Below, one piece after another: positions 50,787 to 60,422 of a DNA stretch of 64,000 bases. Both the position numbers and the translations under genes were made by a program. Numbering within the stretch: the first letter of the stretch is position 1; each line of letters starts with the position of its first letter. The DNA lies in contig JBBINV010000001.1 in assembly GCA_037443705.1 (NCBI GenBank), positions 69,692 to 133,691 on the forward strand. The letters run 5' to 3'. The DNA is from Betaproteobacteria bacterium (GTDB lineage: Bacteria > Pseudomonadota > Gammaproteobacteria > Burkholderiales > SG8-39). The notes beneath the pieces were generated by a model that did no database searches, was not told where the DNA came from, and worked only from the letters and a program-made list of their open reading frames with translations.

Positions 50787-52543
50787 GCGCGGCTCCATTG
50801 GACGATTCGCTCGTGGATCTCCTCGGGCCGCACCGGCAGGGGTCCGGGCTTCCTGAAGCTCGCGAGCTCGCAGGGCACGTCGTACTCGGCGCGCAGGTAC
50901 TTCAGGAACTGGCCGCCGTGGCTCTGCTCGACCACGAGCGCGCGCTTGACGCCCTTCAGCGCGGCGCGAAGCTTGTCGGGCTGTGCGGGGGAGAGAAGCC
51001 GCAGCGACACCAGCCGCGCTGTCACCCCGGCGTCCTTCATTCGATGAAAAGCCTCCTTCACCGCGCCGGTGCACGAGCCCCAGGTGATCACCGCGAGCTC
51101 GCCCTCGCCTTCGACGTCGGCCCAGTGCTCGCCGTAGTCGATCGAGGCGAGCTTGCGGGCGCGCTTGTCGAGCTGCGCCAGGTGATCCGCCGCGGCCGAC
51201 GAGGGCGTGCCGCGCTCGCCGTGCTCGAGGCCGTCCGCGGTGTAGGTGACGCCGGGCGTGCCGGGGATCGCCATCGGCGAGACGCCCGAGGGCGTGAGCG
51301 CGTAGCGCCTGTAGCCCTCGGCGCCCGCGGGGGCGCGGCTGCGCTCGGCGGCGAAGGCGAGGTCGGCGGGGCGATCGACAGTCGCGCGCGCCTGGCCGAG
51401 GAACTGGTCCGAGAGCACGATCGCGGGCGCCTGGAGCCGCTCGGCGAGCGCCACCGCCCATTGCGTCGTCCTGAGGCAGTCGGAAACCGAGTTCGGCGCG
51501 AGCACCAGGTGCGGCGCATCGCCGTGCATCCCGTAGAGCGCGATGTTGAGGTCGGCCTGCTCGGTCTTGGTCGCGATTCCGGTCGAGGGTCCGGTGCGCA
51601 TCACGTCGACCACCACGATCGGGATCTCGGCGGCGACGCCCAGGCCCAGCGCCTCGATCATGAGCGACAGTCCCGGGCCCGAGGTGGCGGTGAGCGCGGG
51701 CACGCCCCCGTAAGAGGCGCCGAGGATCATGTTGACCGAGGCGAGCTCGTCCTCGGCCTGCACGAGCGTGCCGCCCAGGCTCTCGAGCGCGGGCGACATC
51801 CATTCGAGCAGCTCGGTCGCCGGCGTGATCGGGTAGGCCGCCACGAACCGCACGCCGCCGCGCAGCGCCCCGTAGCCCGCGGCCTGATTGCCCGTGATGA
51901 GCCAGCGCGCCGCGCGTGCCGGCGGTCCGGCGAGCCGGTACGCGTCGCCCAGCTTCGCGGCTTCGGCCACGCCCGCGTGCACCGCAGCGAGCGATGCGGC
52001 GAGCGCTTCGGCGCCCTTGTTCATCGATTTCTCCACCGCAGCGCGCAGCGCCTCCCGCGGCAGCCCCACCAGGCCACCGAGCGCGCCGAGCGCCACCATG
52101 TTCGGCCAGCCGCCCTTGATTTTCCTGGAGAGGTCCTTCAGGGGAAGGGCGACGGATTTCGCGCCCGATTTCAGGAACACTTCCGGCACTTCGCCTTGCG
52201 CGGGATCGCGGAGCACCAGGCTCGAGGCATCGAGCGGAAGTTCGGCGGCGAAGCGCGCGACGTTGCCCCAGTCGATCGCGGCGAGCACGTCGGTGCGGTC
52301 GTCGACCGACTCGCACGGGAAGGTGGCGATCCGGAGCATCGCGGCGGCCTCGCCGCCGCGGATCTGCGGGCCGCTCGAGCGTGTCATCAGGCCGTAGTAG
52401 CCGGCCTGCGCCGCCGCCTCCAGCAGCATGTTGCCCGCGGTCATCACGCCCGCGCCGCCGCTGCCGGCCAGCGCGAGCGAAACCGAATGACGCGTCCCGG
52501 TCGGGGTCAATGCGGTGTCCTCCAGTTCGGTGCCACGGCCCAT
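50783..52543 (-). CDS. korA: 2-oxoglutarate:ferredoxin oxidoreductase alpha subunit (fused gamma-alpha)
   Basis: 586-aa ORF with an N-terminal gamma-like domain (LALAGSGGAGVMTAGNML) and an alpha domain. An alternative TTG start at 52510 is preceded by GGAGGA with a 7-nt spacer. Confidence 0.9.
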   Translation of the reverse strand: MGRGTELEDTALTPTGTRHSVSLALAGSGGAGVMTAGNMLLEAAAQAGYYGLMTRSSGPQIRGGEAAAMLRIATFPCESVDDRTDVLAAIDWGNVARFAAELPLDASSLVLRDPAQGEVPEVFLKSGAKSVALPLKDLSRKIKGGWPNMVALGALGGLVGLPREALRAAVEKSMNKGAEALAASLAAVHAGVAEAAKLGDAYRLAGPPARAARWLITGNQAAGYGALRGGVRFVAAYPITPATELLEWMSPALESLGGTLVQAEDELASVNMILGASYGGVPALTATSGPGLSLMIEALGLGVAAEIPIVVVDVMRTGPSTGIATKTEQADLNIALYGMHGDAPHLVLAPNSVSDCLRTTQWAVALAERLQAPAIVLSDQFLGQARATVDRPADLAFAAERSRAPAGAEGYRRYALTPSGVSPMAIPGTPGVTYTADGLEHGERGTPSSAAADHLAQLDKRARKLASIDYGEHWADVEGEGELAVITWGSCTGAVKEAFHRMKDAGVTARLVSLRLLSPAQPDKLRAALKGVKRALVVEQSHGGQFLKYLRAEYDVPCELASFRKPGPLPVRPEEIHERIVQWSRA

Positions 52544-52568
52544 TTACGACGATCTCCCGGTCGATTCC

Positions 52569-52582
52569 TTGTGCCAGATCAA
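52569..52582. promoter_or_regulatory. FNR/AcpR-type box TTGTG-N4-ATCAA in the korA / oah divergent region
   Basis: TTGTGCCAGATCAA has a perfect right half and 3/5 in the left half. TATCTA at 52605-52610 lies exactly 22 nt downstream, which is class II (-41.5) geometry for the oah-bcr operon. Confidence 0.5.
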
Positions 52583-52718
52583 ATCCGCCCCCGGATTTGC
52601 GCGCTATCTATTCGTCTCACCGGGGGAGGGCGCTTGCCGCCGCGCGGTCCCTTCGGCCAAAATAGGTAATACGGTACTTGAATACCATAATTGGCGGACG
52701 AGGGAAAGGACCCAGGCC

Positions 52719-53819
52719 ATGGCGGAGTTGATCAAGAATCACGACCTCGCGGAGATCGCGGTGCCGGGGGTCAGAGTCGAGAAGGTGCCGGCGCGCGCAC
52801 CCGACGGCCGCGTCGCCGCGGGCCTGTACAACGCCTGGATCTGGCTCGACAACCCGGCGCAGTACAACTCCTACACCACCGAGATGGTGAAGGGGCTGAT
52901 CCTCGCCTTCCGCGCCGCCTCGAACGCGCGCGACGTCGCCTCGGTGGTGTTCACGGGCACAGGCGACCGGGCCTTCTGCACCGGAGGCAACACCAAGGAG
53001 TACGCCGAATACTACGCCGGGCGCCCGCAGGAGTACCGCCAGTACATGCGGCTGTTCAACGACATGGTGAGCGCGATCCTCGCCTGCGACAAGCCGGTGA
53101 TCTGCCGCGTGAACGGCATGCGCATCGGCGGCGGCCAGGAGATCGGCATGGCGTGCGATTTTTCCGTCGCGCAGGACCTCGCGCGCTTCGGCCAGGCCGG
53201 CCCCAAGCACGGCTCTGCGCCGATCGGCGGCGCGACCGACTTTCTCCCCGTGGTGATCGGCGCCGAGCGCGCCATGGCCGCGTGCGTGCTGTGCGAGCCG
53301 TTCTCGGCGCACGAGGCCTACCACATGGGCATGCTCACCGACATCGCGCCGGCGCTGAAGGTGGACGGCAAGTTCGTCGCGAATCCGCTGGTCGAGACCA
53401 GCCGGGTTTACGACGAATTCGGAAGGCTGGTTTTCGGCAAATCGAAAACCGGCGACCAGCTGAAGGCGGGGAAGGCCCTTCTTTCAAGAGGCACCGTCGA
53501 CCTTTCGGCCCTCGATGCCAGGGTCGAAGAGCTCTGCTCGAAGATCCTGCTCACGTTCCCTGACTGCACCACCAAGACGCTCGAGGAGCTGCGCAAGCCC
53601 AAGCTCGAGGCCTGGAACCGCAACAAGGAGGACTCGCGCGCATGGCTCGCGCTCAACATGATGACCGAGGCACGCGCCGGCTTCACCGCCTTCAACGAGG
53701 GCACGAAGGAAGACCGCGAGGTGGACTTCGTGCTGCTGCGCCAGAAGCTCGCCGGCAACCAGAGCTGGGTCGGATCCTTGCACGACGAGATCCAGCCCAA
53801 GGCGAAGAAACGCGCATGA
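52719..53819 (+). CDS. oah: 6-oxocyclohex-1-ene-1-carbonyl-CoA hydrolase (ring-cleaving, Oah/BamA type)
   Basis: ATG at 52719 inside ORF 52515..53819. 366-aa crotonase-superfamily protein with the extended C-terminus typical of Oah/BamA (FTGTGDRAFCTGGN, GGGQEIGMACDF, ...WLALNMMTEARAGFTAFNEG). Confidence 0.85.
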   Translation: MAELIKNHDLAEIAVPGVRVEKVPARAPDGRVAAGLYNAWIWLDNPAQYNSYTTEMVKGLILAFRAASNARDVASVVFTGTGDRAFCTGGNTKEYAEYYAGRPQEYRQYMRLFNDMVSAILACDKPVICRVNGMRIGGGQEIGMACDFSVAQDLARFGQAGPKHGSAPIGGATDFLPVVIGAERAMAACVLCEPFSAHEAYHMGMLTDIAPALKVDGKFVANPLVETSRVYDEFGRLVFGKSKTGDQLKAGKALLSRGTVDLSALDARVEELCSKILLTFPDCTTKTLEELRKPKLEAWNRNKEDSRAWLALNMMTEARAGFTAFNEGTKEDREVDFVLLRQKLAGNQSWVGSLHDEIQPKAKKRA

Positions 53820-54586
53820 GCGAGGCGCCGCTCAAGGTCTGGCTGGAGCGCGACGGGGCGCTGCTGCGGCTGCGTCTGGCGCGCCCGAAGGCGAACATCG
53901 TCGACGCGCGGATGATCGCGGCGCTCGACGCCGCGTTCGCGGCGCACGCCGGCAACGCGGGGCTGCTCGCCGCGCTCGTCGATCACGAGGGGCCGCATTT
54001 CTCCTTCGGCGCCAGCGTCCAGGAGCACCTGCCGGCGCAATGTGCGCAGATGATCCGCTCGCTGCACGCGCTGCTCGAGCGCATGCTCGCGTGGCCCCGG
54101 CCGATCCTCGTCGCCGTGCGTGGCCAGTGTCTCGGAGGCGGGCTCGAGCTGGCCGTCGCCGCGAACCTGATCTTTGCCGGGTGCGAGGCGCAGTTCGGCC
54201 AGCCCGAGATCAAGCTCGGCGTGATCGCGCCGGCGGCGTCCTGCCTGCTGCCCGAGCGCATCGGCCAGGCGCGCGCCGAGGACCTGCTGTATTCGGGCCG
54301 CGCGATCGACGCCGCGACGGCGCTCGCCTGGGGGCTCGCGAGCCAGGTGGCCGAGGACCCGGAGGCCGCGGCGCTCGAGTACTTCGAGCGCCAGCTCGCC
54401 GGAAAAAGCGCCGCGGCGCTCGCCTGGGCGGTGCGCGCGGCGCGCGCGCCGCATGCAGCGCGGATGCAGGCGCGGCTCGCAGAGGTCGAGCGGCTCTATC
54501 TCGACGGACTGATGAAGACGCGCGACGCCGTGGAGGGGCTGAACGCCTTCCTCGAGAAGCGCACGCCAAAGTGGGAGCACCGATGA
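53816..54586 (+). CDS. dch: cyclohexa-1,5-diene-1-carbonyl-CoA hydratase
   Basis: ATG at 53816 (ATGA overlap with oah). 256-aa enoyl-CoA hydratase fold (FSFGASVQEHLP, GQCLGGGLELA, GLNAFLEKRTPKW) in the oah-dch-bcr gene context. Confidence 0.8.
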   Translation: MSEAPLKVWLERDGALLRLRLARPKANIVDARMIAALDAAFAAHAGNAGLLAALVDHEGPHFSFGASVQEHLPAQCAQMIRSLHALLERMLAWPRPILVAVRGQCLGGGLELAVAANLIFAGCEAQFGQPEIKLGVIAPAASCLLPERIGQARAEDLLYSGRAIDAATALAWGLASQVAEDPEAAALEYFERQLAGKSAAALAWAVRAARAPHAARMQARLAEVERLYLDGLMKTRDAVEGLNAFLEKRTPKWEHR

Positions 54587-55749
54587 GCGTTCGAGACGTT
54601 GTTTCGCGTTGCGAGGCCCTGTTCGAGGACCTGCACTTCAACGCGGTCAAGCAGTGGAAGGCGGCCGCGCCCGGCCGCAAGGCGATCGGCTACATGCCGA
54701 TCTACGTGCCGCACGAGATCATCCACGCCGCGGGGATGCTGCCGGTGGGCATCTTCGGCGGCGGCGACCAGATCGAGGTGATCCAGGGCGACGCCTACTA
54801 CCAGAGCTACATCTGCCGCATCCCGCGCTCGACCGTCGAGCTCGGGCTCACGGGGCGCCTGGACTGCCTCGACGGGATGCTTTTCCCGTCGATCTGCGAC
54901 GTGATCCGCAACCTCTCGGGCATGTGGCAGATCATGTTCAAGGACAAGTACGTGCGCTACGTCGACGTGCCGCAGAACTACGACGACGCGATCGGCGGTG
55001 CCTTTTACATGCATGAAATGCAGCAGCTTCGGGACGATTTGAGCCGTCTCTCCGGAAAACCCGTGACGGACGACGCGCTGCGCGCTTCGATCTCCGTCTA
55101 CAACGAAAACCGCAAGGCGATCCGCGATCTCTACGCCTACCGCGCGCAGAAGCCCTGGCAGGCGCCGACCTCCGAGGTGTACCTGCTGATGCGCGCGGGC
55201 TGTGTCCTGCCGCCCGAGGAGCATACCGGGCTCGTGACACGCTATCTCAGATCTTGTGAACTTGAAAAGAGACCCAGGCGCGACAACGCGCGCGTCGTGG
55301 TCACGGGCTCGTTCTGCGAGCAGCCGCCGCTCGGGCTCATCAAGTCGATAGAGATGGCGGGCTGCTACGTGGTGGACGACGACTACGCGCTGACGCTTCG
55401 CTGGCTGCTCGACGACGTGGACACCGCGGGCGACCCGCTCGAAGCGCTGGCGAAGGCGTTCCTGCACCGCTCGGCGCAGACCTCGTCGAAGTACGACGAC
55501 AGGAAGGAGGACAAGGGGAAATATCTCCTGCATCAGGTGAAGAGCCGCGGCGCCGAGGGCGTGATCTTTTCGGCGCCCTCGTTCTGCGATCCCGCGCTCC
55601 TCGAGCGCCCGATGCTCCAGGAGGTGCTCGCCCGGCACAAGATCCCCTATACCGCCTTCAAGTACGCCGAGAACACCGGCCAGATGGCCCCGATCCGCGA
55701 GCAGGCGGGCACTTTCGCCGACTCGATCAAGCTGTGGAGCGCCGCATGA
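54583..55749 (+). CDS. bcrC: benzoyl-CoA reductase (class I, ATP-dependent) subunit C (gamma)
   Basis: ATG at 54583 (ATGA overlap). 388-aa member of the 2-hydroxyacyl-CoA dehydratase/BcrBC family (AIGYMPIYVPHEIIHAAGMLP, SFCDP). It is first in the bcrCBAD order. Confidence 0.88.
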   Translation: MSVRDVVSRCEALFEDLHFNAVKQWKAAAPGRKAIGYMPIYVPHEIIHAAGMLPVGIFGGGDQIEVIQGDAYYQSYICRIPRSTVELGLTGRLDCLDGMLFPSICDVIRNLSGMWQIMFKDKYVRYVDVPQNYDDAIGGAFYMHEMQQLRDDLSRLSGKPVTDDALRASISVYNENRKAIRDLYAYRAQKPWQAPTSEVYLLMRAGCVLPPEEHTGLVTRYLRSCELEKRPRRDNARVVVTGSFCEQPPLGLIKSIEMAGCYVVDDDYALTLRWLLDDVDTAGDPLEALAKAFLHRSAQTSSKYDDRKEDKGKYLLHQVKSRGAEGVIFSAPSFCDPALLERPMLQEVLARHKIPYTAFKYAENTGQMAPIREQAGTFADSIKLWSAA

Positions 55750-57050
55750 ACACCGCCGTCAAGAACGCCGCCGCGAAGAAGGAAGTGATCAAGGAAGACG
55801 CGATGTGGCAGCAGAAGGAGCTGATCAACCGCAACTACCATGAGCTCGCCACCGCGCGCGAGGCCGGGCGCAAGGTCTCGGCGACCTTCGTGCCCGGGAA
55901 CCTGAACGAGCTGCTGATGTGCTTCGACTTCGCGCGCAGCCTCCCGGAGACCAACGCCCTTCAGAACGGCATGCGCAAGAAGTCCGGCAGGATGATCATG
56001 GACGCCGAGCGCGACGGCCATTCGGAGGACGTCTGCACCTACGTGAAGGCGGACCTCGGGATGATGCTCCAGGGTCAGGTCGGCCCCACCGGCGAGCCGT
56101 TGCCGCACCCGGACGTGCTGCTCCTTTCCTACACCGGCTGCTTCACCTTCATGAAGTGGTTCGAGCTGATCCGCCAGAAGTACGGCTGCGAGACCGTGAT
56201 GCTGCACGTGCCCTACCAGGGCGACGGAAAGGTGTCGCCGGCCATGCGCGAGTACGTCGTCAAGCAGCTCAAGGAGAAGGTGATCCCCACGCTGGAGAAG
56301 GTCTCGGGGGTCAGGTTCGACATCGACCGCCTTCGCCAGTACATGCGTGAGTCGGTGAAGGCCGAGGAAAACCTGGTGAAGGTGCTCCAGTCGGCGAAGA
56401 ACCGGCCGAGCCCCATCGACGGATATTTCGGCGCGGTCTACTACATCGGGCCGATCTTCACCGCGTTCCGCGGCACGCCCGAGGCGACGCGCTACTACGA
56501 CACGCTCTGGGGCGAGATCCAGGCGCGCATCCGCGAGAAGAAGGGCCCGGTGACGCCGGAAGGGGAGCTTGCCGAGGAGAAATACCGGCTGGTGGTCGAA
56601 GGCCCGCCCAACTGGACCAGCTTCCGCGACTTCTGGAAGATGTTCTACGACGAGGGCGCGGTGATCGTCGCCTCGACCTACGCCAAGGTGGGCGGCGTGT
56701 ACGACTTCGGCTTCCGGCACGACCCGGAGCGGCCGCTCGAGTCGCTTGCCGAGTACTGCCTCGGCTGCTACACCAACCTCAACTTCCCGCAGCGGATCGA
56801 CATGATCTGCAGGTACATCGACGAGTACCAGGCCGACGGCCTTCTCATCAATTCGATCAAGAGCTGCAACAGCTTCTCGGCGGGGCAGCTCCTCATCCTG
56901 CGCGAGGTGGAAAAGCGCACCGGCAAGCCGGCCGCGTTCATCGAGTCGGACCTGGTGGACCCGCGCTATTTCTCGGCGGCGAACATCAAGAACCGTCTCG
57001 AGAGCTACTTCCAGATGATCAAGCAGAAGCGCGCCGCGGGGGTGCACTGA
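55746..57050 (+). CDS. bcrB: benzoyl-CoA reductase subunit B (beta)
   Basis: ATG at 55746 (ATGA overlap; the ORF opens at 55734). 434 aa of the same BcrBC/HgdB family ([30 protein letters not shown]). Confidence 0.88.
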   Translation: MNTAVKNAAAKKEVIKEDAMWQQKELINRNYHELATAREAGRKVSATFVPGNLNELLMCFDFARSLPETNALQNGMRKKSGRMIMDAERDGHSEDVCTYVKADLGMMLQGQVGPTGEPLPHPDVLLLSYTGCFTFMKWFELIRQKYGCETVMLHVPYQGDGKVSPAMREYVVKQLKEKVIPTLEKVSGVRFDIDRLRQYMRESVKAEENLVKVLQSAKNRPSPIDGYFGAVYYIGPIFTAFRGTPEATRYYDTLWGEIQARIREKKGPVTPEGELAEEKYRLVVEGPPNWTSFRDFWKMFYDEGAVIVASTYAKVGGVYDFGFRHDPERPLESLAEYCLGCYTNLNFPQRIDMICRYIDEYQADGLLINSIKSCNSFSAGQLLILREVEKRTGKPAAFIESDLVDPRYFSAANIKNRLESYFQMIKQKRAAGVH

Positions 57051-57051
57051 C

Positions 57052-58395
57052 ATGAAGTGCTTCATCGGGATCGACCTCGGCTCGACCACCACCAAGGCGG
57101 TGGTGATCGACGAGGAGCGCAACGTCCTCGGGCGGGGGATCACCAACTCCCGCTCCAACTACGACACCGCCGCGACCATCGCCAAGCAGGAGGCGCTGGT
57201 GTCGGCGCGCTTTTCCCTGTTCCACAGTGCGCTCGAGAAGAGCCACGCGCTCGACGGCGGGCTGGATGCCTTCCTCGGACAGCTCGAGCGCGACTTCCGC
57301 CTCGAGCAGTACCTCGAGCAGCTCGGCGACCTGGAGCAGGTGTGCCAGCGAAACGTGGCGAGCGCGCGCTTCGGAGAGGCCGAGAAGACGGTTTCGCGTG
57401 CCCTCGAAAGGGTCTTTGCCTCCCTGAAGGAGGAATCTCCGGCGTTGTTCGCCCCAGGCGCCAGGCGCAAGAGCGATTTCTTCCGCGACATCGCGGGCAG
57501 CCAGTACCTCTCTCAGGGCGAGCGGGTGGCGAAGGACATGGGCGTGCGCTACGACATGCTGCTCAACGTCTTCGACCGCTCGATCATCGAGGTCGAGAAC
57601 CGCGTCTACGCCGACTCGATCAAGGCGCACCTGCTCGCCGCGCTCGAGCGCACCTTCGTCGCGCTGCCGGAGTTCAGAAAGCTGGCCGACAGCATCAGGA
57701 AGCCGATCCAGTCGGTGCTCGATACCGACCTCGAGGAAACCTACGTCGTCGGCACGGGCTACGGGCGCGCGCGGCTGCCGTTCTCGAAGGAACACATCCG
57801 CTCCGAGATCCTGTGCCACGGCCTGGGGGCGCACGTCATGTACCCGGCGACGGCCACGGTGCTCGACATCGGCGGCCAGGACACCAAGGCGATACAGGTC
57901 GACCGGCACGGGATCGTGGAGTCGTTCCAGATGAACGACCGCTGCGCCGCCGGCTGCGGGCGCTACCTCGGCTACATCGCCGACGAGATGAACATGGGGC
58001 TGCACGAGCTGGGGCCGCTCGCGATGAAGGCGACCAAGACCATCCGCATCAACTCGACCTGCACCGTGTTCGCGGGTGCCGAGCTGCGGGACCGCCTCGC
58101 GCTCGGCGAGAAGCGCGAGGACATCATGGCGGGGCTGCACCGCGCGATCGTGCTGCGCGCGATGTCGATCCTCGCGCGCTCGGGCGGCATCCGCAACGAA
58201 TTCACCTTCACCGGGGGCGTCGCGAAGAACGAGGCCGCGGTCAAGGCGCTGAAGGAGCTGGTGCGCGAGAACTACGGCGAGATGACCCTCAACATCAACC
58301 CCGACTCGATATACACCGGAGCGCTCGGCGGCGCGACCTTCGCCTGGCGCGCCGTCGTCGAGGAGGGCAAGGTCGCGGAAAGGAAGGCCGCATGA
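57052..58395 (+). CDS. bcrA: benzoyl-CoA reductase subunit A (alpha, ATPase with long insert)
   Basis: 447-aa ORF of the BcrAD/BadFG ATPase fold ([35 protein letters not shown]) with a ~170-aa insertion, as in the large ATPase subunit. Confidence 0.9.
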   Translation: MKCFIGIDLGSTTTKAVVIDEERNVLGRGITNSRSNYDTAATIAKQEALVSARFSLFHSALEKSHALDGGLDAFLGQLERDFRLEQYLEQLGDLEQVCQRNVASARFGEAEKTVSRALERVFASLKEESPALFAPGARRKSDFFRDIAGSQYLSQGERVAKDMGVRYDMLLNVFDRSIIEVENRVYADSIKAHLLAALERTFVALPEFRKLADSIRKPIQSVLDTDLEETYVVGTGYGRARLPFSKEHIRSEILCHGLGAHVMYPATATVLDIGGQDTKAIQVDRHGIVESFQMNDRCAAGCGRYLGYIADEMNMGLHELGPLAMKATKTIRINSTCTVFAGAELRDRLALGEKREDIMAGLHRAIVLRAMSILARSGGIRNEFTFTGGVAKNEAAVKALKELVRENYGEMTLNINPDSIYTGALGGATFAWRAVVEEGKVAERKAA

Positions 58396-59225
58396 GCATC
58401 CACACCGTAGGCATCGACATCGGCTCGGGGGCGGTGAAGACCGTGCTCTTTCGCGGCAACGAATGGCTCGGCAAGCGCGTCGAGCGGATCCGCCGCAGGG
58501 ACCCCATGGACCTTGCGAGGCAGGGCTTCGACGAGGTTCTGGAGGAAGCCGGGCTCAAGCCCTCGGACATCGCCTACGTCGCCACGACGGGCGAAGGCGA
58601 AAACGTCAAGTTCGCGACCGGGCACTTCTACTCGATGACCACCCACGCGCGCGGCGGCGTGTTCCTCAATCCCGAGGCGCGCGGCGTGGTCGACATCGGC
58701 GCGCTGAACGGCCGCGCGATCTGGATCGACGAGCGCGGCAAGGTGCTGTCCTACAAGATGACCAGCCAGTGCGCCTCGGGCTCGGGGCAGTTCCTCGAGA
58801 ACATCGCGCGCTACCTGGGCGTGGCGGTGGAGGAGATCGGGCCGCTTTCGAAGACCTCGCAGCACCCGGAAAAGGTGAGCTCGATCTGCGCGGTGCTCGC
58901 CGAGACCGATGTCATCAACATGGTGTCGCGCGGCATCGCCACGGCGGACATCCTGAAGGGAATCCACCTCTCGATGGCCTCGCGCCTGGCGAAGCTCCTG
59001 AAGGTCACCGGGATCACCAGGGGCACCGTGCTCCTCACGGGAGGGCTCGCGCTGGACGAGGGGCTCCTCGCGGCGCTGCGCGAGGAGCTGGTGAACGAGA
59101 AAATCACGGGGCTCGCCGCGACCAACCATCCCGATTCGATCCATGCCGGCGCGATCGGCGCCGCGCTCTGGGGCGCCTTCCGCCACGACCGGCTGAAGGA
59201 GCTGCAAGAGCGCGCCGCGGCTTGA
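58392..59225 (+). CDS. bcrD: benzoyl-CoA reductase subunit D (delta, ATPase)
   Basis: ATG at 58392 (ATGA overlap). 277 aa ([35 protein letters not shown]). Confidence 0.9.
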   Translation: MSIHTVGIDIGSGAVKTVLFRGNEWLGKRVERIRRRDPMDLARQGFDEVLEEAGLKPSDIAYVATTGEGENVKFATGHFYSMTTHARGGVFLNPEARGVVDIGALNGRAIWIDERGKVLSYKMTSQCASGSGQFLENIARYLGVAVEEIGPLSKTSQHPEKVSSICAVLAETDVINMVSRGIATADILKGIHLSMASRLAKLLKVTGITRGTVLLTGGLALDEGLLAALREELVNEKITGLAATNHPDSIHAGAIGAALWGAFRHDRLKELQERAAA

Positions 59226-59235
59226 GGAGAACCCA

Positions 59236-59481
59236 ATGGCACTGATGATCAACGACAACTGCACCGCGTGCGACGCGTGCAAGCCCGTCTGCCCGAACGA
59301 GGCGATCGCCGTGGGCGATCCCGTCTACACCATCGATCCGATGAAGTGCACCGAGTGCGTGGGTGCGGAGGACGAGCCGCAGTGCAAGCTCGTCTGCCCC
59401 GCCGACTGCATCGTGCCGCATCCCGACTACCAGGAGACGCCCGAGCAGCTCCAGGAGAAGTACAACGCGCTGCACGGGTGA
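59236..59481 (+). CDS. fdx: 2x[4Fe-4S] ferredoxin (electron donor of benzoyl-CoA reductase)
   Basis: 81-aa ORF with CTACDACKPVCP and the Allochromatium-type second cluster CTECVGAEDEPQCKLVCP. It lies directly after bcrD. Confidence 0.9.
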   Translation: MALMINDNCTACDACKPVCPNEAIAVGDPVYTIDPMKCTECVGAEDEPQCKLVCPADCIVPHPDYQETPEQLQEKYNALHG

Positions 59482-59492
59482 ATGACAGGGTC

Positions 59493-59512
59493 ATTCCCGC
59501 GAAAGCGGGAAT
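59493..59512. repeat. REP-like hairpin, CCCGC-N4-GCGGG family (copy 3 of 3)
   Basis: ATTCCCGC gaaa GCGGGAAT, 12 nt after the fdx stop. Confidence 0.75.
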
Positions 59513-59633
59513 CCGCGCGTTTTTTGTCCCGCGTCAAAGGCGGGCACTGAGCGCAATCAGTTTTCGCTCGCGTTTTTCTTGCCGTGCAGCCTCCGTTCCC
59601 TAGACTCTCCCGGGTCTGTCACTGGGAGGGGGC

Positions 59634-60422
59634 ATGGCGCATATCAGCACGGCGGCCGAGCTGCGGGCGCTCGAGCGCGCAGAAGAAGAAGCGACGCCGC
59701 ATTGGGAAACGAGCGTCTGGCCGCTCGTCCTGTCCGCAGGGATCCTCTTCGCCCTGCCGCTCGCGTTCTCGCTCCACTTCGTCTACCACAAGAGCCTGCT
59801 CGCGGCGATGTCGCTCGGGATCGGCGCGCCGCTCGTGCTCGCCGGGATCGTCGGGTGGGTGAACGAGGGGCTCGCGGGCCACAGCGAGGGGCTCGCGGCG
59901 CCGGCGATGGGCTGGTTCATCCTCGCCGAAGCGCTCCTTTTCCTCGGCTTCTTCGCCGCGTACTGGTTCATGCGGCTCTCGGCCCCCGGCTGGCCGCCCG
60001 CGGGCTCGGTGCCGCTCCCCAAGCTCATTCCCGCCGTGATGACCGTGCTCCTGGTGTCCTCGAGCGTGACCTACCATGCCGCCGAGGCCGCCCACGCGAT
60101 GGGCCGGAAGGAAGGCTTTCTCGCCTGGCTCGTCGTCACGATCGTGCTGGGCGCGGCGTTCGTGGGCCTGTCGGCCTATGAATGGAGCGCGCTGATCAGC
60201 CAGGGCTTCGCGATCGGCACCAACGCTTTCGGCACCGCGTTCTATTCGATCACCGGATTCCACGCCTCGCACGTGATCGTCGGCCTGGGGATCTTCGCCG
60301 CGATCCTCTTTCCCGCGCTCGGCGGGCGAACGAGCGATGGCCTGATCTCGGCCGGCGGGATCTACTGGCATTTCGTCGACATCGTCTGGCTGTTCGTCGT
60401 CTCGCAGGTGTATTTCCTGTGA
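59634..60422 (+). CDS. coxC: haem-copper oxidase subunit III
   Basis: 262-aa ORF, polytopic. Subunit III signatures: FFAAYWFMR, FYSITGFHASHVIVG and YWHFVDIVWLFVV. Confidence 0.85.
   Translation: MAHISTAAELRALERAEEEATPHWETSVWPLVLSAGILFALPLAFSLHFVYHKSLLAAMSLGIGAPLVLAGIVGWVNEGLAGHSEGLAAPAMGWFILAEALLFLGFFAAYWFMRLSAPGWPPAGSVPLPKLIPAVMTVLLVSSSVTYHAAEAAHAMGRKEGFLAWLVVTIVLGAAFVGLSAYEWSALISQGFAIGTNAFGTAFYSITGFHASHVIVGLGIFAAILFPALGGRTSDGLISAGGIYWHFVDIVWLFVVSQVYFL

Noticed and set aside
59524-59537. TTGTCCCGCGTCAA (TTGTC-N4-GTCAA) upstream of the oxidase cluster
   Set aside because: It is one mismatch from a perfect palindrome and differs from the FNR consensus in both halves. No -10-like hexamer sits at the class II spacing (GTTTTC at 59560-59565). 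It is mentioned only as context in the oxidase finding.
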